From the NCBI GenBank assembly GCA_964035545.1, contig OZ037766.1:8608722-8672721 (forward strand): a stretch of 64,000 nt of DNA. The letters are read 5' to 3'. Shown piece by piece: positions 12,513-26,369 of the stretch. The DNA is from Bugula neritina. Lineage: Eukaryota > Animalia > Bryozoa. The notes under the pieces are model-generated. The model did no database searches. It was not told the DNA's origin and worked only from the letters and a program-made list of their open reading frames with translations. Each line of letters starts with the position of its first letter. The first letter of the stretch is position 1. A program made the position numbers and the translations under genes.

Positions 12513-13531
12513 TTACAGATTTTCACTAGGAGCGGTTGAAGTTGCGGGAGTGCAGGTTTTGACACGAGTCCCGACAGATGGTTCTCTGGAGGCTGGCTCC
12601 TCACTATACCTTCGAATCTCTGCTAAAGCTTTCTGGTAATTACTGTTGGAAGACTTCAGATTAAACCTCCAAGCTGGAGATTTTTTAGGTGTATACTTGA
12701 AAGGTGACTCATGATAGCCGTAAGGTGAAGGAGGAGCCATCTTAAGTTGAGCCACAAGATATTCTGTAGTAGGCAGATTGGCTATAGGCTTGAAATAGTG
12801 AGGATGTTTCTTATAGTGCTCAGGAGCAATGATGTTACCTAAAACAAAAATAACATTAAGATAGCTTAAAGTTTATAAAAGCATCATTTCTACTAAAAGC
12901 TGTAACAATTTTACATACCAAAACACTTACAATGTAACATCATATTGACTTTTTTTTGTATAGAATTTGAAAAAAAATTACCTTTAACATCAATTGGTGG
13001 ATATCTATTATAACTTTTTATTTTCAACTGCTCCATCATATGCTCATCAACAGCAGTTCTGCAGGTGGCAATACTCCTGACTCGTTCATCTTTAATCAGA
13101 GCAGGTGTTTCTCTAATAAATCTATTAAATGTATAATCTCCGACTTTTGATGGCTTTGGTATTGCTATAGGATGAGCTATTGCGGCAGATTCTGACACAG
13201 ATCTACCAGCTGTATTTAAATTAAAACTAAAATTCTTTTTAAAATTTCTCCAAACATTCGAATTATAATTTGAATCGGCCATTTCTGGAAATGGGGGATT
13301 ATGTTTTCCTGCCTCCAACCACAGTTGGTACTCTATAGTTTTATGGTCATGAGCAGATTCCTCTCTATTTGTTCTAAGGAAGTGATTACATTCAATGTTA
13401 ACCATAGTCCTCGGCAAAGGTAACTGAGTGAGTTTCTCCACTCTTCTTGGGGTAAACCCATGTTTTTTAGGCACTACTGGTGTATATAAGTGCTCTCTTT
13501 CTTGAATTGTATTCACACTCATCACATCCAT
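12513..13531 (-). CDS. TEX52: Testis-expressed protein 52-like, 2 coding exons
   Basis: Exons 12982-13531 and 12513-12838 join in frame. WLEAGK..FP...D.NYNSNVWR, PIAIPKPSKVGDYTF..FI and LKIKSYNRYPPIDVKG|NIIAPEHYKK resemble recalled vertebrate TEX52 (PDRPYDSNVWR, PIPPPSWMG, PPLDAQGNIQPP). Confidence 0.75.
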
Positions 13532-13977
13532 TCCTAAATCTTCCCAGCCACTGAGCTAAGGTGCCATCCATTCAATGCTGAAAGTAATTTAAATGTACTG
13601 ATTGACTTATAGTCTACTAAGGATGAAAAAATTAAAAGCTTTAAATTAAATAGCTAAACATTTTCTTAAGATACTTTCATAAAAAAATCCTAAATTCTTC
13701 AAGAACTTGGAGAGCAGAAGTGATAGTATCTGTTCAAAAATGTGTTTGATTCTACCAATCCAAAACTTTATAATGTAGAAAATGAAATAGGTTGGGTGAA
13801 GCAGTAGGGCATGGGGTTTGAGGTTAAACTCTAACTACTGCAAAACACATACTTTTATACTTTTATTTACCTGATCATGCGTGTAAACTACTTTTCTGGG
13901 GCCCATAACTTGTCATTAGTTCTTAGACTTGGTGATATTTCATGGTATGCCTCAGTTTAGGTTTTCGTTCACTTCCT

Positions 13978-14285
13978 GTAACCGTGACAACTCCGGTCAA
14001 GGACTAATGAGGTAAACCGCACATCAAAATAAGAAAACAACTCTGTGTTTGTAATTAGGTTTATAAAGTTATAGAATTCTCTGGTGATGCGGTCAACATG
14101 CTAGGTAAAACAACTCCGAATGTGCTTAACGCGAGTATGTCCTTGAACAATACTGGTTGCCATAGGCAATAGATACAGCGCGTTAAGGTATTAGATTGGG
14201 TTGCACTAGTTGAATTACTACAGCCAGCAACAAGCTTGTACGTCGGAGGTGTTATAATTTCAACACGAGTCAATTCCTAGGAAAC
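13978..14285. promoter_or_regulatory. Bidirectional promoter with RFX X-box-like sites
   Basis: GTAACCGTGACAAC (13978-13991), GTTGCCATAGGCAAT (14156-14170) and ATTCCTAGGAAAC (14273-14285), between divergent TEX52 and the coiled-coil gene. Confidence 0.65.
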
Positions 14286-14389
14286 CCTAAAAACTGGCTT
14301 TTGTTTAAACTTAATTCTAATTGATATAATCAGATGAGTACAGTTTAAAGTTATTCTCGACAAAGTTTCAGCTTAGCTGTCACGTCTAT

Positions 14390-14690
14390 ATGGTGATGAT
14401 TCTGATTCAGTTTCAGTTAGAGTTATACTCACTCAAACTCTAAGTCTAATACTATTAGTAACACTATTACTGTAAAAGTAATACTAATACTAATAGTCGC
14501 AGTGATTGTGAATGTAATAGCAATGCTTTTTATTTATATACTTTAACTCTAAGGCTCTGTCTTTAAGTTTAACCCGTGTGTAGTGCTCAAGAAGATCGGT
14601 ATTGCTGTAAAGTACAATAATTTTAATAATAATAATTCAAGTTATAATAACACTAACTTACTTACTTAGTAACTAAGTACGCAACGATGA
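14390..14690. repeat. Short 6-bp periodic domain
   Basis: CTAATACTATTAGTAACACTATTACTGTAAAAGTAATACTAATACTAATAGT, between the promoter and the coiled-coil gene ATG. Confidence 0.6.
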
Positions 14691-14882
14691 CACCTAAGAC
14701 TAAACAGGAATATTTATAGCTAGTAGTTGGTGGTTCACATAGATACAATTATTTTTATGTTTATTCATATTGAAAAGACATTGTCACTTTGAAATATAAT
14801 GCAATAGTGGGAAATTAGTAATACAAAGCTAATACAAACTCATAGTCATAGAAATAGATCTTACCATTTAACATCAATAGTT

Positions 14883-17800
14883 ATGACAAGTTGTGATTCT
14901 GTTCTAATAAATGACCCAGTCTGTGTAAGAGATAGCTGGGATAATATTGAAACACCAAGAAGAAGCTGTAGTGATTGTAGCAGTCTACTAGAAGAAGATT
15001 GTTCTACATTTGAAAAGCTAAAATCGAAAGCCAAAAACTCAAAAAGAGTTTATGAGGACAACTTGCTTTCAGCATCAAAGCTATTAAACACAAATGAATT
15101 GACTTTAATAGAAAGAAATAAGTCAGATTTTCTAGAACGTTTACCACAGGCACCACCAATGTCATCATTTGTAAGAGAAACCAAACTTCCCAAGACAACT
15201 TCTAGACGTTATAGAAATCTGAAAATTCGAACACATGATGAAATGCTACAAGAACAATACGATCAATTACAACATCTATTGAGAGATTCTGAAAATATGA
15301 GTAAAGATGAACTTAGCTATCAGCATGTAAAACAAACTGAAAGCATGATAGGTATGTTGTAAAGCAAATATTACATTTGATCAAGTTTTTCAAACAATCA
15401 ACATGTGAACTTAATATTTCTATTTCTTACTTACAGGTATAATTTAATTTTGCTAATTGATAAACTGGTTATGTTTATTTGTAGCTTGTCATTACAATGG
15501 CAATGAGAGCCCTAAAACTCAACACAACTATTATGGTACAACTGCATACTTTGCTCTTCAATCAATAAAACCTCGCCTGCTTTCCTAAACTTTGTTATTG
15601 CTAGAGTACACAATCATACCATACTTAATATAATGACAGGCGTTATCATGTGTTCACCATTTGTCACATGCACCCAGTTGCTGGCTCTTGTCTGCACTCC
15701 AAACATGTTGTAATTCATTAATCAGTACCCATATGTGAAGACTCAATCAACTAAGCTAACACTAATCTATCCTATTGCCTGTCTATGTAGTCAGTCATGA
15801 GTCTTCTGTTCGAGAAATTTTCTATTTACAACATCTCTTTTATACATCAATCTTCGGATGTCTTTTGCCTGATTAGTACCCGCTTAATGAAAAAACCTTT
15901 AAATTATTTCTCACTAGCATGAGTTCATATTAATTATTAGCCAACAGCTTTCTTGAAGCAAGTAATGGCATAAATACGCTAAGTTTTTTTTCTTAAAACT
16001 CAAAATTTCAAAAAATTTGCATGCACAAGAACAAAAGCATGATTATTGTAAAAATGTAATTACCCTGAAATTTTTTACCGAAAACAATTAATTTAACTTT
16101 TATCTAAACTATGCTACTGTATATGCTTAAATATATAAACATGTGCTATAATATACTAACCACATAAATGGTGAGTGTATAGTAATGATGATGCTAACTA
16201 ACCAACTTTGACCAAATTTCAGCTGGTTTCAAAGAAATGAACAATGGGGCACCGGCAAGAGGAATTATCATATCTAGAAGTCTTCCAGAAGCGTTGAGAC
16301 CAAAATCTCCCAGATCTAGTTCTTCATCTAGTACCAGTAACTCAACTCCTAGAGGTACCATCCTGAAAATTTCTTATTTCTGTTTGCTCACAAATTAAAA
16401 GGATCGAAAAAAAATTACTCAAATCTAAAATTTGCAAGTTCAAACTTACCTCAATACTTTCAAAATATAAGAATTGAATAGAATAACTAAATTCTGTTGG
16501 ATGAATTCAAACTTTATAAATCTATTTAAAAGATTGCTAATTTTCTCAAGTTCTATTTAAGTAAAAGTTGTGCTCTTTTTAAAACGTTGGCATTAACAGA
16601 AAGTTTATAATTATAATGTGGAAAAAGTACTGAAAACTTGCATAAAAAATATTTATTATAAAATATATTGGCTGAAATAATATATTTAAAATATTCTCAG
16701 CGTTACAGGCTTACAGCCACATCCTTGCCTTATGCTTGAGTTTAATTATGCAATGTTAACAATTACTACTGGTTATATGGCCTGATTACATCATTTTCAC
16801 TGTCTGATTATTATTTCAGAGATGGTTGAAATGAAACACTCATCAAGTCGGTCTCCTTTTCAAAACAAGCGCAGCACAAAAAGGGTATCATTTGAACCTC
16901 CACTGATGGCCAACAGTCAAGATGTTAAACCAAATATTGCAATATCTAGGAAAAAGATTTCTGCCCAAGACATCACAATTCCCAGTGCACATGTTTCCCT
17001 TGCCAACTCTGATCTTGCCTCTCAAGAAAACTCTGCATCACAAGATTTTGATGATAGTCAAAACACTTTGAATCAATTAGAACATAGTAAACATACAGAT
17101 CATCAAACAAAGCCTGAATCAGACAATACCGTCAATGGTGATTCTGTAGAAATATTGAGCATTAGAAAGGCCACAGAAAAACAAGAGTGCACTAGGATAG
17201 CAAATACAGAACTGGAAAAAACTAATAGACACAAAGAATTTGGAAATGGGGATAATGGATTTCTACCAAGGACTGAAAAACAAAAGCTTTATGGTATTAT
17301 AGAAATGAATAATGGGACAAAAAAGAGTGACAGTAACTTGAAAAGAACATCTAATCCTGACATAAGAAGATGGTTAAAGGAGAAGGAACTGGCTGTGAAA
17401 CAAATGAAGAAAAAAAATCGTCAAACAGAAGAAAAAGAAAAAGCTGCTGCAGAGCTGGAAGAACAACAGAAAGCAGAAAGAAAAGTTGAATCTGACAAAC
17501 AATTGAAGCGATGGAAAGCATCTAAAAGAAAGCAAGCAAGGTTGCTTCGAAGACAAAATTTAGCTAAAAGGAAAATAACTGTTCAACATATATCTGGTAG
17601 TGCAAACAATTTAGAAAACCCTAAAGGAGCTCAAGAAGAGAAAGATAAACCAACATGCAAGAAGGTGCCAAGTGCTTCTAGGCCAAAGTCAGCGCCACCT
17701 AGTAGAAGTTTTAAAACCAAGCAAGTGCCATTGCAAGAAGTTATTCAAAATAGTCCCGGTTTACAAGATAAAATCCAACAATTAGAAAAACACAAGCGTT

Positions 17801-18981
17801 TGAAACACCGGCAGTCATATGACGAATGGTTAAAAGTCAAAGAAGCCGAGAAAAAAGAAACCCTAAAACTTATACAAGAAAAAAGACAGAAACTTGAAAA
17901 GGAGATTAGTGAGGAAACCGCCAAGATCATATCAGAGGCAGCAAGAAGGCGTCTTGATAACTTAAGGTATGTACCTTAGAATATCTGGGCTACTTACATG
18001 TATGTTAAAGTTATGTAGTAGTGATGCTTTATGTTAAACTTTTTTCTCCTAACACATGTATTGTAAAATTAGAACATTGTTCAAGAGTGGTTTATCTAAC
18101 ACAAATTACATGCCATTGGCAAAGGGCAGCTGCTATTAATATTTTAGGGCTGATCAAATATACATCATAGTTGATCATTGGTTAGCAGCTACCAGTGAGA
18201 GACGTACTAATCTTAACTTAGGTATAAAGGTTCCGACACAAAGCAAACTGAGAAAAAGCAAGCAAAAGAAGATTCTGCACCTAAAGAGGGAACTAACCAG
18301 CAACCACATTCCAGGAGAGAAAATACCCAGCCCAGTACAAACCCAACAAAAAAATCGAAACAGGCCGCCACTGCGGCTACTAGGCCCACCCCAATGTCTG
18401 CTAAACAGTACCCACGGTTTCGTAGTAGCAAACAAAATATAGAAGATAAACTCACTTCCAATGAATCCTCAAACCCATTTAGTGACCCATTTAAAAGGGC
18501 AGAAACAGCAAGGCCCAGATCAAGGTTAGAAGAGAACGGAATTAATGGCCCAGAGTTTTCAAGTTTTATTTGGAACTTGGTAAATGAACAAGAAAAGAAT
18601 GAAGGTGGCTCAAATTCACAGGTAAATTTGCAACTTTCGCTATTCTTGCTTTCTAGAAACATGTTGTCTTTTGTAAAACAAGTTTGACTTTCACATTTGA
18701 ATTTTACTCACAAAACTTGTTTCTAAAAAAATGCATCTTAGTTTATGCAAAACAGTACCTTATTCTGCAATAAAATGTATCATATAGACATATACACTCA
18801 ATAGAAGATCTTCTTTACATAGCATAAAACAAAGCCCAAAGAAGCTCCTACTGGCACACCTCAAGACTCAAAGAGAATAAATCCTGAACCTAGTCAGTCA
18901 CAAACTGATAGAGACCAAGATGTTGGTCAACCAGTAATAGAAGGAGGTAAAACTATTTTTTCTATGACTAGTATCGAGTAA
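14883..18981 (+). CDS. K/E-rich coiled-coil protein, CCDC181/CCDC34/MAP9-like, ~6 exons
   Basis: Approximate exons: 14883-15351, 15485-15535, 16223-16354, 16820-17967, 18221-18621, 18822-18981 (ends SMTSIE*). Trp-centred helices IRRWLKEK, KRWKASKR and SYDEWLKVK are typical of these microtubule/cilia proteins. Confidence 0.6.
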
Positions 18982-19516
18982 AACCCATGTAATGGTCAAG
19001 TATGTGTTACATTTATATGGCCTTTTAAAAGTTTTTTAGTTTAATATTTCGGGAGGATTCAGCTAATCACACGTGCACACTATTCATCTTCTCAATAAAT
19101 GCGTATATTCTTAGAATATGCAATGAGTAGGTTTTTTATATTTTTCTGTTATAAACTATTTATCAATAATTTAATGCAACATTTATATATGCAAAATTCA
19201 AAACATAGTCATAATATTGGAAAATTTTGTGAATGTGTAATCTTCCTTCCTTTCATCTATGATTGTTATTGTTTTCCAACATTGATGTTGCACTTTTATA
19301 TTTTAGAACACTCAATTTACATTCTGTATGCCAAGTTTATATTAAAATGTTTATTCGTTGTAAACATATTAAAATATAAATTTCAACAAAATGCAAATAT
19401 TTTATTTCATTAGTAACTTGACAGTTTTAAGAAAACTATCTGCATCAATTGATACAAAACTTAACCAATCATATCATAGTTTTGGGTGAATAAAAACATC
19501 AAACATGTAGCAGCTT

Positions 19517-22500
19517 TCATTTACGTTTTTTCATTAGATTAGATTTAGTGTTTTGATTCCTTGCACCTCCACTGAAAGGCATAGAAGGTTTGGTTTTAAG
19601 TTTACTATGTGCAGCTGATTTCGATTTTACAAGCTTTGGTCTTTTAGACAATTTTTTATCACTGACTTGAACAGACTTAGCGGGATGGGGTCTTTTCTTT
19701 GCTTTCCGAGCTTGTGAAGAAAACAGACCTGTGGGAAATAATATAATGAATAGTAATATACGTAGTAAAAAACAGGTTTCAAGAAGATTTATTTTATGAA
19801 TATGTTTCTTACACATGCATAAAAACCTCTAGGTTACATAACAATATCCTGCTAGCATAGATGCAGCTGCACTAATACAATAATATTCCAATGGACTAGT
19901 TATAAAACAACTTGATCAATGTTCATAACTGTTTGTTGATAACCAAGAAGGCTTTGGAAACGCAAAGTAAATGAAGCACTGTATTCTAATACTACAATGA
20001 GAGTTGCACTTCCAAACCGTTGCAATGCAATTAATAACTTCTCTTTCTTTTTTAAGCTGAAACCATGTAAAATTTGTCCCACAAAAATATCCTGTCAATT
20101 AATTACAATTTTTGATGCTGAACAAACAAACTTATTCTCATTACTAATTTACTGTCATACATATAACTTCCCCAGTACAGTTGATTAAGCCACTGTTCAA
20201 TTTTCCTCAACTCAATTACTATTTTACTCAAAAAATGAAGCTACTTCATAAAAGATATAATAGCTAATAGCAAAATTTATTAAACGTAGAAGTTTATAAT
20301 TAATTGTTGAAGCAAAAGTATTGATATTAAAAACTAAAAGCATTTTTAATTTGTTTTGAAATACTTCATCAGAATAATTAATGCCTGTGAAGCAAAAAAA
20401 GAAAAAAATGCAAATTGCAAAAGAATTGCATTTTTATTCATGATAATATTTCATTAATATTGACTAAAATTATTTGAATTTATTTATCGCATTGAATTTT
20501 CCCCAGTGAAAATGTGTTCGCTCTTTCAAGTGCACAAACGCATCAAATTAAGATGTTGTATAACTCTCAGTGTAGTTCCAACTCATGAGGAGCATAATAA
20601 CTTAACAATCGGTTTTGGTTATTTGACTCGGTTTTGGTTATCAATAATATTATATACAGTAAATATTTGCCTATAATTAGAGTCTCCAAGTTAAGCAAAA
20701 ATATCTACAAACTTAATAAAAATTTTGCAGCTAAGCAACGAACATGTTCACGTGTAGGATATTTTGTTGCTTACATAAAAGTAAATTTTTGTAAACATAT
20801 AATTTAAATACTAGACTACTACAGTTGGGACTTGGGAATAGAATGACTCAACTAAAATCAGTGAAACGAGACAAATACCCTATAGTGTTTAGCTTCAAAG
20901 ACAATGGAAACAGTTATAATATCTACCGTGTTCGGGTTTCTTGCCCACTTCTTGTTCAAAATAGTCTGCATCATCCATCTCATCACTTAATGAATCATCT
21001 ACACTCTTATAGCTATCTCCATCACTCTCCCCCTCTACAAAGTCATGGCTACTAATAGATACATAGCATCACAAAAAGCTTCACTAAGTAGCTCTCCACG
21101 TCAACCCAAATCACTTCATGGGTTAATGGAAGATGAATTACACCATATATATAGATAGTAAAAACTAGTTAATCTGGACACATCATTATGGCTAGACTAT
21201 TGAATATATATTGACTTACTGGCTATATAATATTTGGCTGGATATTCACTGAGTTAAATTCACTAAGAAATAAATAGTTATGCATTCCAGAAAAACATAC
21301 GAGTATGAAACACACTGCCTACCATCTTGAGCTTTGACAGAATCCTTTTGACCCTGCTGTGACTTTTCCTTGTGAGCTAATTTAGCCTGTTTCTTCAGTT
21401 TTACCCTCTCATTTTGCTGAGCAGTTCTTTCAGCTTTCAATTTTCTAGAACATTTGAAAGAAGTTTTGTTGCGTGCAACTTGCAAAAAATACAAATGAAA
21501 CACTTGGCTATTATTATGTGCAGTGTTTAAATCGCTAGATATTTAATAAATTGCTGTATATGTTTTGTCTTTTTCCCTGGTGTAGTTCTTATGTATACTT
21601 TTATCTACATTACTTTCGATCATGGAGTTTACATATTATAAACAATATACAATGCATATGTACATGCGACTAAGCTCGTCTCAGTATGTATATAACACCA
21701 AGCATATAAAAACAGAACCTAGAGTTAATCAAGGCAGCTGCAACCCACTAGTACACATTCACCAGCTTAATCAAAAGGAGTCGACAGATTTTGCAATGCC
21801 TTTTATCAACATTAAAAATATTATTGACATTTTTTTTCAGAATACAAACCATCAAAAATAAATCAGAGAAAACTAATCACACACTCACTTTCTTTGCTCT
21901 CTCTTCTTAACAATCTCGGCTTTCTGCTCATCTGTTAATGTATCAAACTTATGATACAGTACGTCCCCGCCACAAACACCATCTGTGATCTTTGTCAACG
22001 ATAAAGTCATACGAGGTCCTATTTCCTTTAACCTGCATTGGAGTTCCATAATATTAATAAAACATACTTTCATAGTTCAAGTTTGCCACAACAAAATAAT
22101 GACAAAGAAAACAGAATATTAGAAAAGTTGTTGACTTAGGAATATAAACCATAATTCAGTTTGAACTCCTTCAAGTATATCATGTACTTTGAGTCAAACT
22201 CTATTCTGATTTTCTTCAACTAAGTTGAGTACTGCAAAGCAAGTATATATAAGCTTAACTTAGGAAGAACTGTTCAATTACTAGAAACACTAACGTTATT
22301 TAAAGGGTTTGTAAGTGGAAGTTACTTGAATTATTCAATATTCTGCAGGTTACAACTTGTACAGAGTGAAAGAATGCTACAGAATTCAGCTGAATGTACC
22401 TGATGGCACTCTGATCATTTTGAGTGTTTCCTGTTCCAGTCATTTTCTGTGGTAGTTCAACGGAGTTGTGTTCTCCATCTAGTTCAGCCTCTGACTCGGA

Positions 22501-24495
22501 CAGCACCCCTGGACTGTAAACCATAATTGAAACAGCATTGTACCACAATAGAAAGTCATAAAATACAATTTGAGCACAAAGTTGAATAAAAACACATAAA
22601 AACACACGTTAGTGACAGTTACGACCTACTAATTATTTCAACTAAATCTACAAGTTTTAAAACAAGTTGAATAAATCAAAAAGTGGGTTAACGAAGTAGA
22701 GCATGAATAACCAAACCAAGATTTAAACAAGCACTGGCAAACAAAGCAGAAACTGCTCTTAGATGTCAGCTATCCTGAATCTTATAAAACAGTACTAGTA
22801 GCTCTACAGTGGCTAAACCTACTTGAGAAGAAACTGGCTGATATCATTATACTTGGACAGCTTTGGCACATTTTTCTTCTGTAACTTTTTGACAGATCTA
22901 CTGACACCCAGTGGCACAACTCTCAGGTGACTAAAAAAACAAAAATCATTTGTTAGACCAAAATAAAACAAGTAACGCTCAATATTGCATTACATCATAT
23001 TACACCCCATTACACCCCATTACACCGCATTACACCATATTCCATTTACTAGTTTACTCACTAATGTCTGAAGTCAACAACATCAGCTTCTTCGTCATAG
23101 CTGACCAGAACAACTCTCTTTATGTTCCTCAACATCACCTGTCACCGATATAAAACTATCATAATCAGTCTAAACTTTTATACTGCTGCTAATTTGAATA
23201 AATACTGACACATTTTGTTTATATGCCCGCTGAAGCAAAAACTAACTGTACATTGCAAATATCCAAAGACTATGGAAATATGTATAGGTAACAAAAATAA
23301 CAACTTGTAAGTATTAAAAGCACAATACTTTACCTTGTTGATGTTTATAGATGGAAACATATTCTGGAACATGCTTGCTGTCAATTTTTGATGCTTTATT
23401 TCCTTGCTAAAGTTATTCATGACCAGGAGGGCGTGGTATTTAAAATGGTTATCATTCACATCATGTCTACGTATCTACAAATAGCGTTTCAAGTTTACAA
23501 ATGCATGGATATAGACACATTCATATAACATCATGACACAAACTGGTAATGTATGTGGTTTCAACTATGGTGAGTATTGATTAACATATATTGTACCAAA
23601 TAAAATTTTTCAGAATGGAACTATTTTATACTCACGTGATGAGATAAATCAGCTATAGTTGAATACGACTTGACTTGAAATGTCAAGGTCGGGCCTCTAG
23701 GTAACCTGCATACCCGAAGGTTGACTGACGTATCTGACTTTGTAAACATTAGCATGTGTGATACGCCCAAAGGACCGGACATTGCTACAAAATCTTTCAT
23801 CACATTGCGACGATGAACCTACAATTTTAAATGGCACACTATGGTAGTTATAAATTTAAAATTTAAAATTAAAAATAAATTCAAGTAAATATAGAACTAG
23901 CACAAGTGAACATATTTTTACCTTGAGGTGCTCAGCAGTAAATGGGGACATGACTTTTCGCATGTTATTCACCAAAGACATGACATTTTTGCCAACTTTT
24001 CCTCGAGGAATAACAAAAGAATGGGGGGCATTTTTTACTTCTTCATCTTCTCCCCGCTGTTTCTGCAATTGCCTTGTTTTCTTCAAGGATTTTCCCTGAT
24101 AAAAAAAACCATCTTTTAAAATATAATTTTAGCACGTTTATTATTCAAAGCAATTCTCACTCGTTGTTTTATCAGCAGTATATATACAGTTTTCGGTTAA
24201 AAGATTTTCAAAACCCATGCTTTATATACATCTTGAATAAAGTGAGTATGGTAAGCTGATATTTTGCCCAATGGTTGCTCAATACTGAATAGAAATAATG
24301 TCAGAAATTAGGAGTACAAATCTTTTTATTTTTTTCTTTTGTTTTTGGGTTCATTCTGAAACTTTCCAATCAAAATTATAAGCAAATGTAAAAAGAGCTT
24401 TAAAAATATCTACAATGAAAGAGAATACATGATTACACTACATACAATTAGCTGAAGCAGCTATAAAGGTTGTAACTTACATTTCGCTTCCCCAT
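19517..24495 (-). CDS. PPAN: Peter Pan / suppressor of SWI4 (Ssf1) Brix-domain ribosome biogenesis factor, ~11 exons
   Basis: MGKRN micro-exon at 24481-24495; APHSFVIPRG, MRKVMSPFTA, RLPRGPTLTFQV, MFQNMFPSIN, DFRHY, SESEAELDG, LKEIGPRMTL..KI.DGVCGGDVLYH and DDADYFEQEVG. Confidence 0.95.
22988..23036. repeat. 10-bp tandem repeat (CATTACACCC)n
   Basis: About 5 degenerate copies in a PPAN intron. Confidence 0.7.
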
Positions 24496-25239
24496 AGTGT
24501 AGCTAAATATACCTGGAGATGAGAGTATGGAACCCTGAAGGGAAGTAAGAAAAAGTACAGAGCTAAAACAAAAACAATAGTTGGTTTCAAAGGTAGTAAG
24601 AGTCACACTGGCATTGAAATGCCCAATTTAAATATTTAACTACAGCAAAGCAACTTTTTCAAATATTTAAGAAAATTGCTTGGCTTGACAAAAAAGTTTA
24701 CTGCAACTACTATTACTAGTATTATGTGCAACTAACATTGATGAATAAACACTGGTGCTAAGAAGTAATATAATTTATATTGTAATTAACTTTACAGTTT
24801 GTTCTACATTTAAAAGGAATGGAAATTAGGATCAGAGGAATTTATTTAAGTGCTAAATAACAAGCAATTGATCCAAGTTTATTAAAATATACATATATTT
24901 CAATGATATTCAAATAAATTGCACATAGAATATATATTGTACCAAAAAAATAAATAGCGTCTAACTGGGAAGCGTCCATGATGACACCCTATTAATGACC
25001 AGTGAGGAACAGAATGATAAATATGCCCAAGTCAGAACGATTAACCACATGAACAGATATACTAATAATCAATCATATAGCCACAATATGAATATGAATG
25101 TGGGAAAAACTGAGAGAATGAGCCTGAGAAATTTAATTGATAAACAGCAGCATGTTGCAGGGAGAGATTAATACAAAAGTGCTTTAATTAATAATAAACA
25201 TAATTATAATGGACAGATGGCAAATTGACATTTACATGG

Positions 25240-26368
25240 TCCCTATCACTATAAGTATCACCATCATTATGATTATCATAAACATTAACATAGAGTGATG
25301 GTGATCATTATGATGATCATAATGGTCAAAATAAATCATGTACAACACATGCCTTTATCATGTAAAACCATGTACTTGTAGTTCAAGTTTTACAACTACA
25401 AGTGATACTAATACTAATAGTATTACGATTACTAATACTATTAGTGTAACTGTAACTATAAACCTAAAGTATAACTATAAGTTATCCTTATTCACTATAA
25501 CATTAACTTTATAAACTTATAGTTATGACTAATAGTATTAGTAATACTAATACTAATAGTTATACTTATAATAATACTAATAGTAATAGTAATACTATAC
25601 GTATAACTATAAGTATAAGTATAAGACTAAGTATTCACTATTCAGTATGAGTATACCTATAACTATAAATATAACTATAAGTATTAATATAAGTAGATGT
25701 ATTCATATTGTAATGACTTATTCAAATTTAAATTGTGTCAGTATCAGTATGACTATGAGTATTAGTATTACTGTATTAGTATTACTATTAGTATAATACA
25801 GTAATAGTAATACTAATACTATTAATATTACTAGTATTAGTATTAGCATTGCTATTACTATAGCTATAAGTATTCATAATTTATTATGATATTGATCATC
25901 ATTATCACTGATCATTATTATTATAATCATTGTGATTATGATTTTCATTTTGATTTAGTTTTAATTTTACATTATGATTATGACCATGAAAATTGAAAAT
26001 GATTGTGAATTGTAATTTAAATTATTATAACTATTATTAATAATATAAACATTATGATAATAAATATAATTATCATTATGTTGTGAATATCAATATGATA
26101 ACAGATTAACTTTAAGATAATCATAATCATTATCACTTACTCTTAGTCTTATGATAATGAACACTGAATATAAAACTGAAAGCCAATGTGATTTTTTAAT
26201 TTAAATGAAACTTCAACTTGAACTTGACTATCACTATGTCTTTGAGAAACTTGACCAGTTAAGTTGATAAATAAATATATGCTTGTTTTTAATTACTGCT
26301 CAAGTTTTATTGTGATGCACTTATTTTCTTTACAGTATTATCGTTATGATTATGGTTATGATTATGAA
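25240..26368. repeat. 6-bp periodic domain on the PPAN side of the PPAN/PIN4 promoter
   Basis: AGTATCAGTATGACTATGAGTATTAGTATTACTGTATTAGTATTACTATTAGTAT (~25740-25795) and AACTTCAACTTGAACTTGACT (~26210). Confidence 0.85.
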
Positions 26369-26369
26369 A

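Noticed and set aside
24978-25135. ATGATGA box-C-like sequence near PPAN (also TGATGA at 2006 and 29341)
   Set aside because: Antisense to the host gene and/or lacking a suitably placed CTGA box D with a terminal stem.
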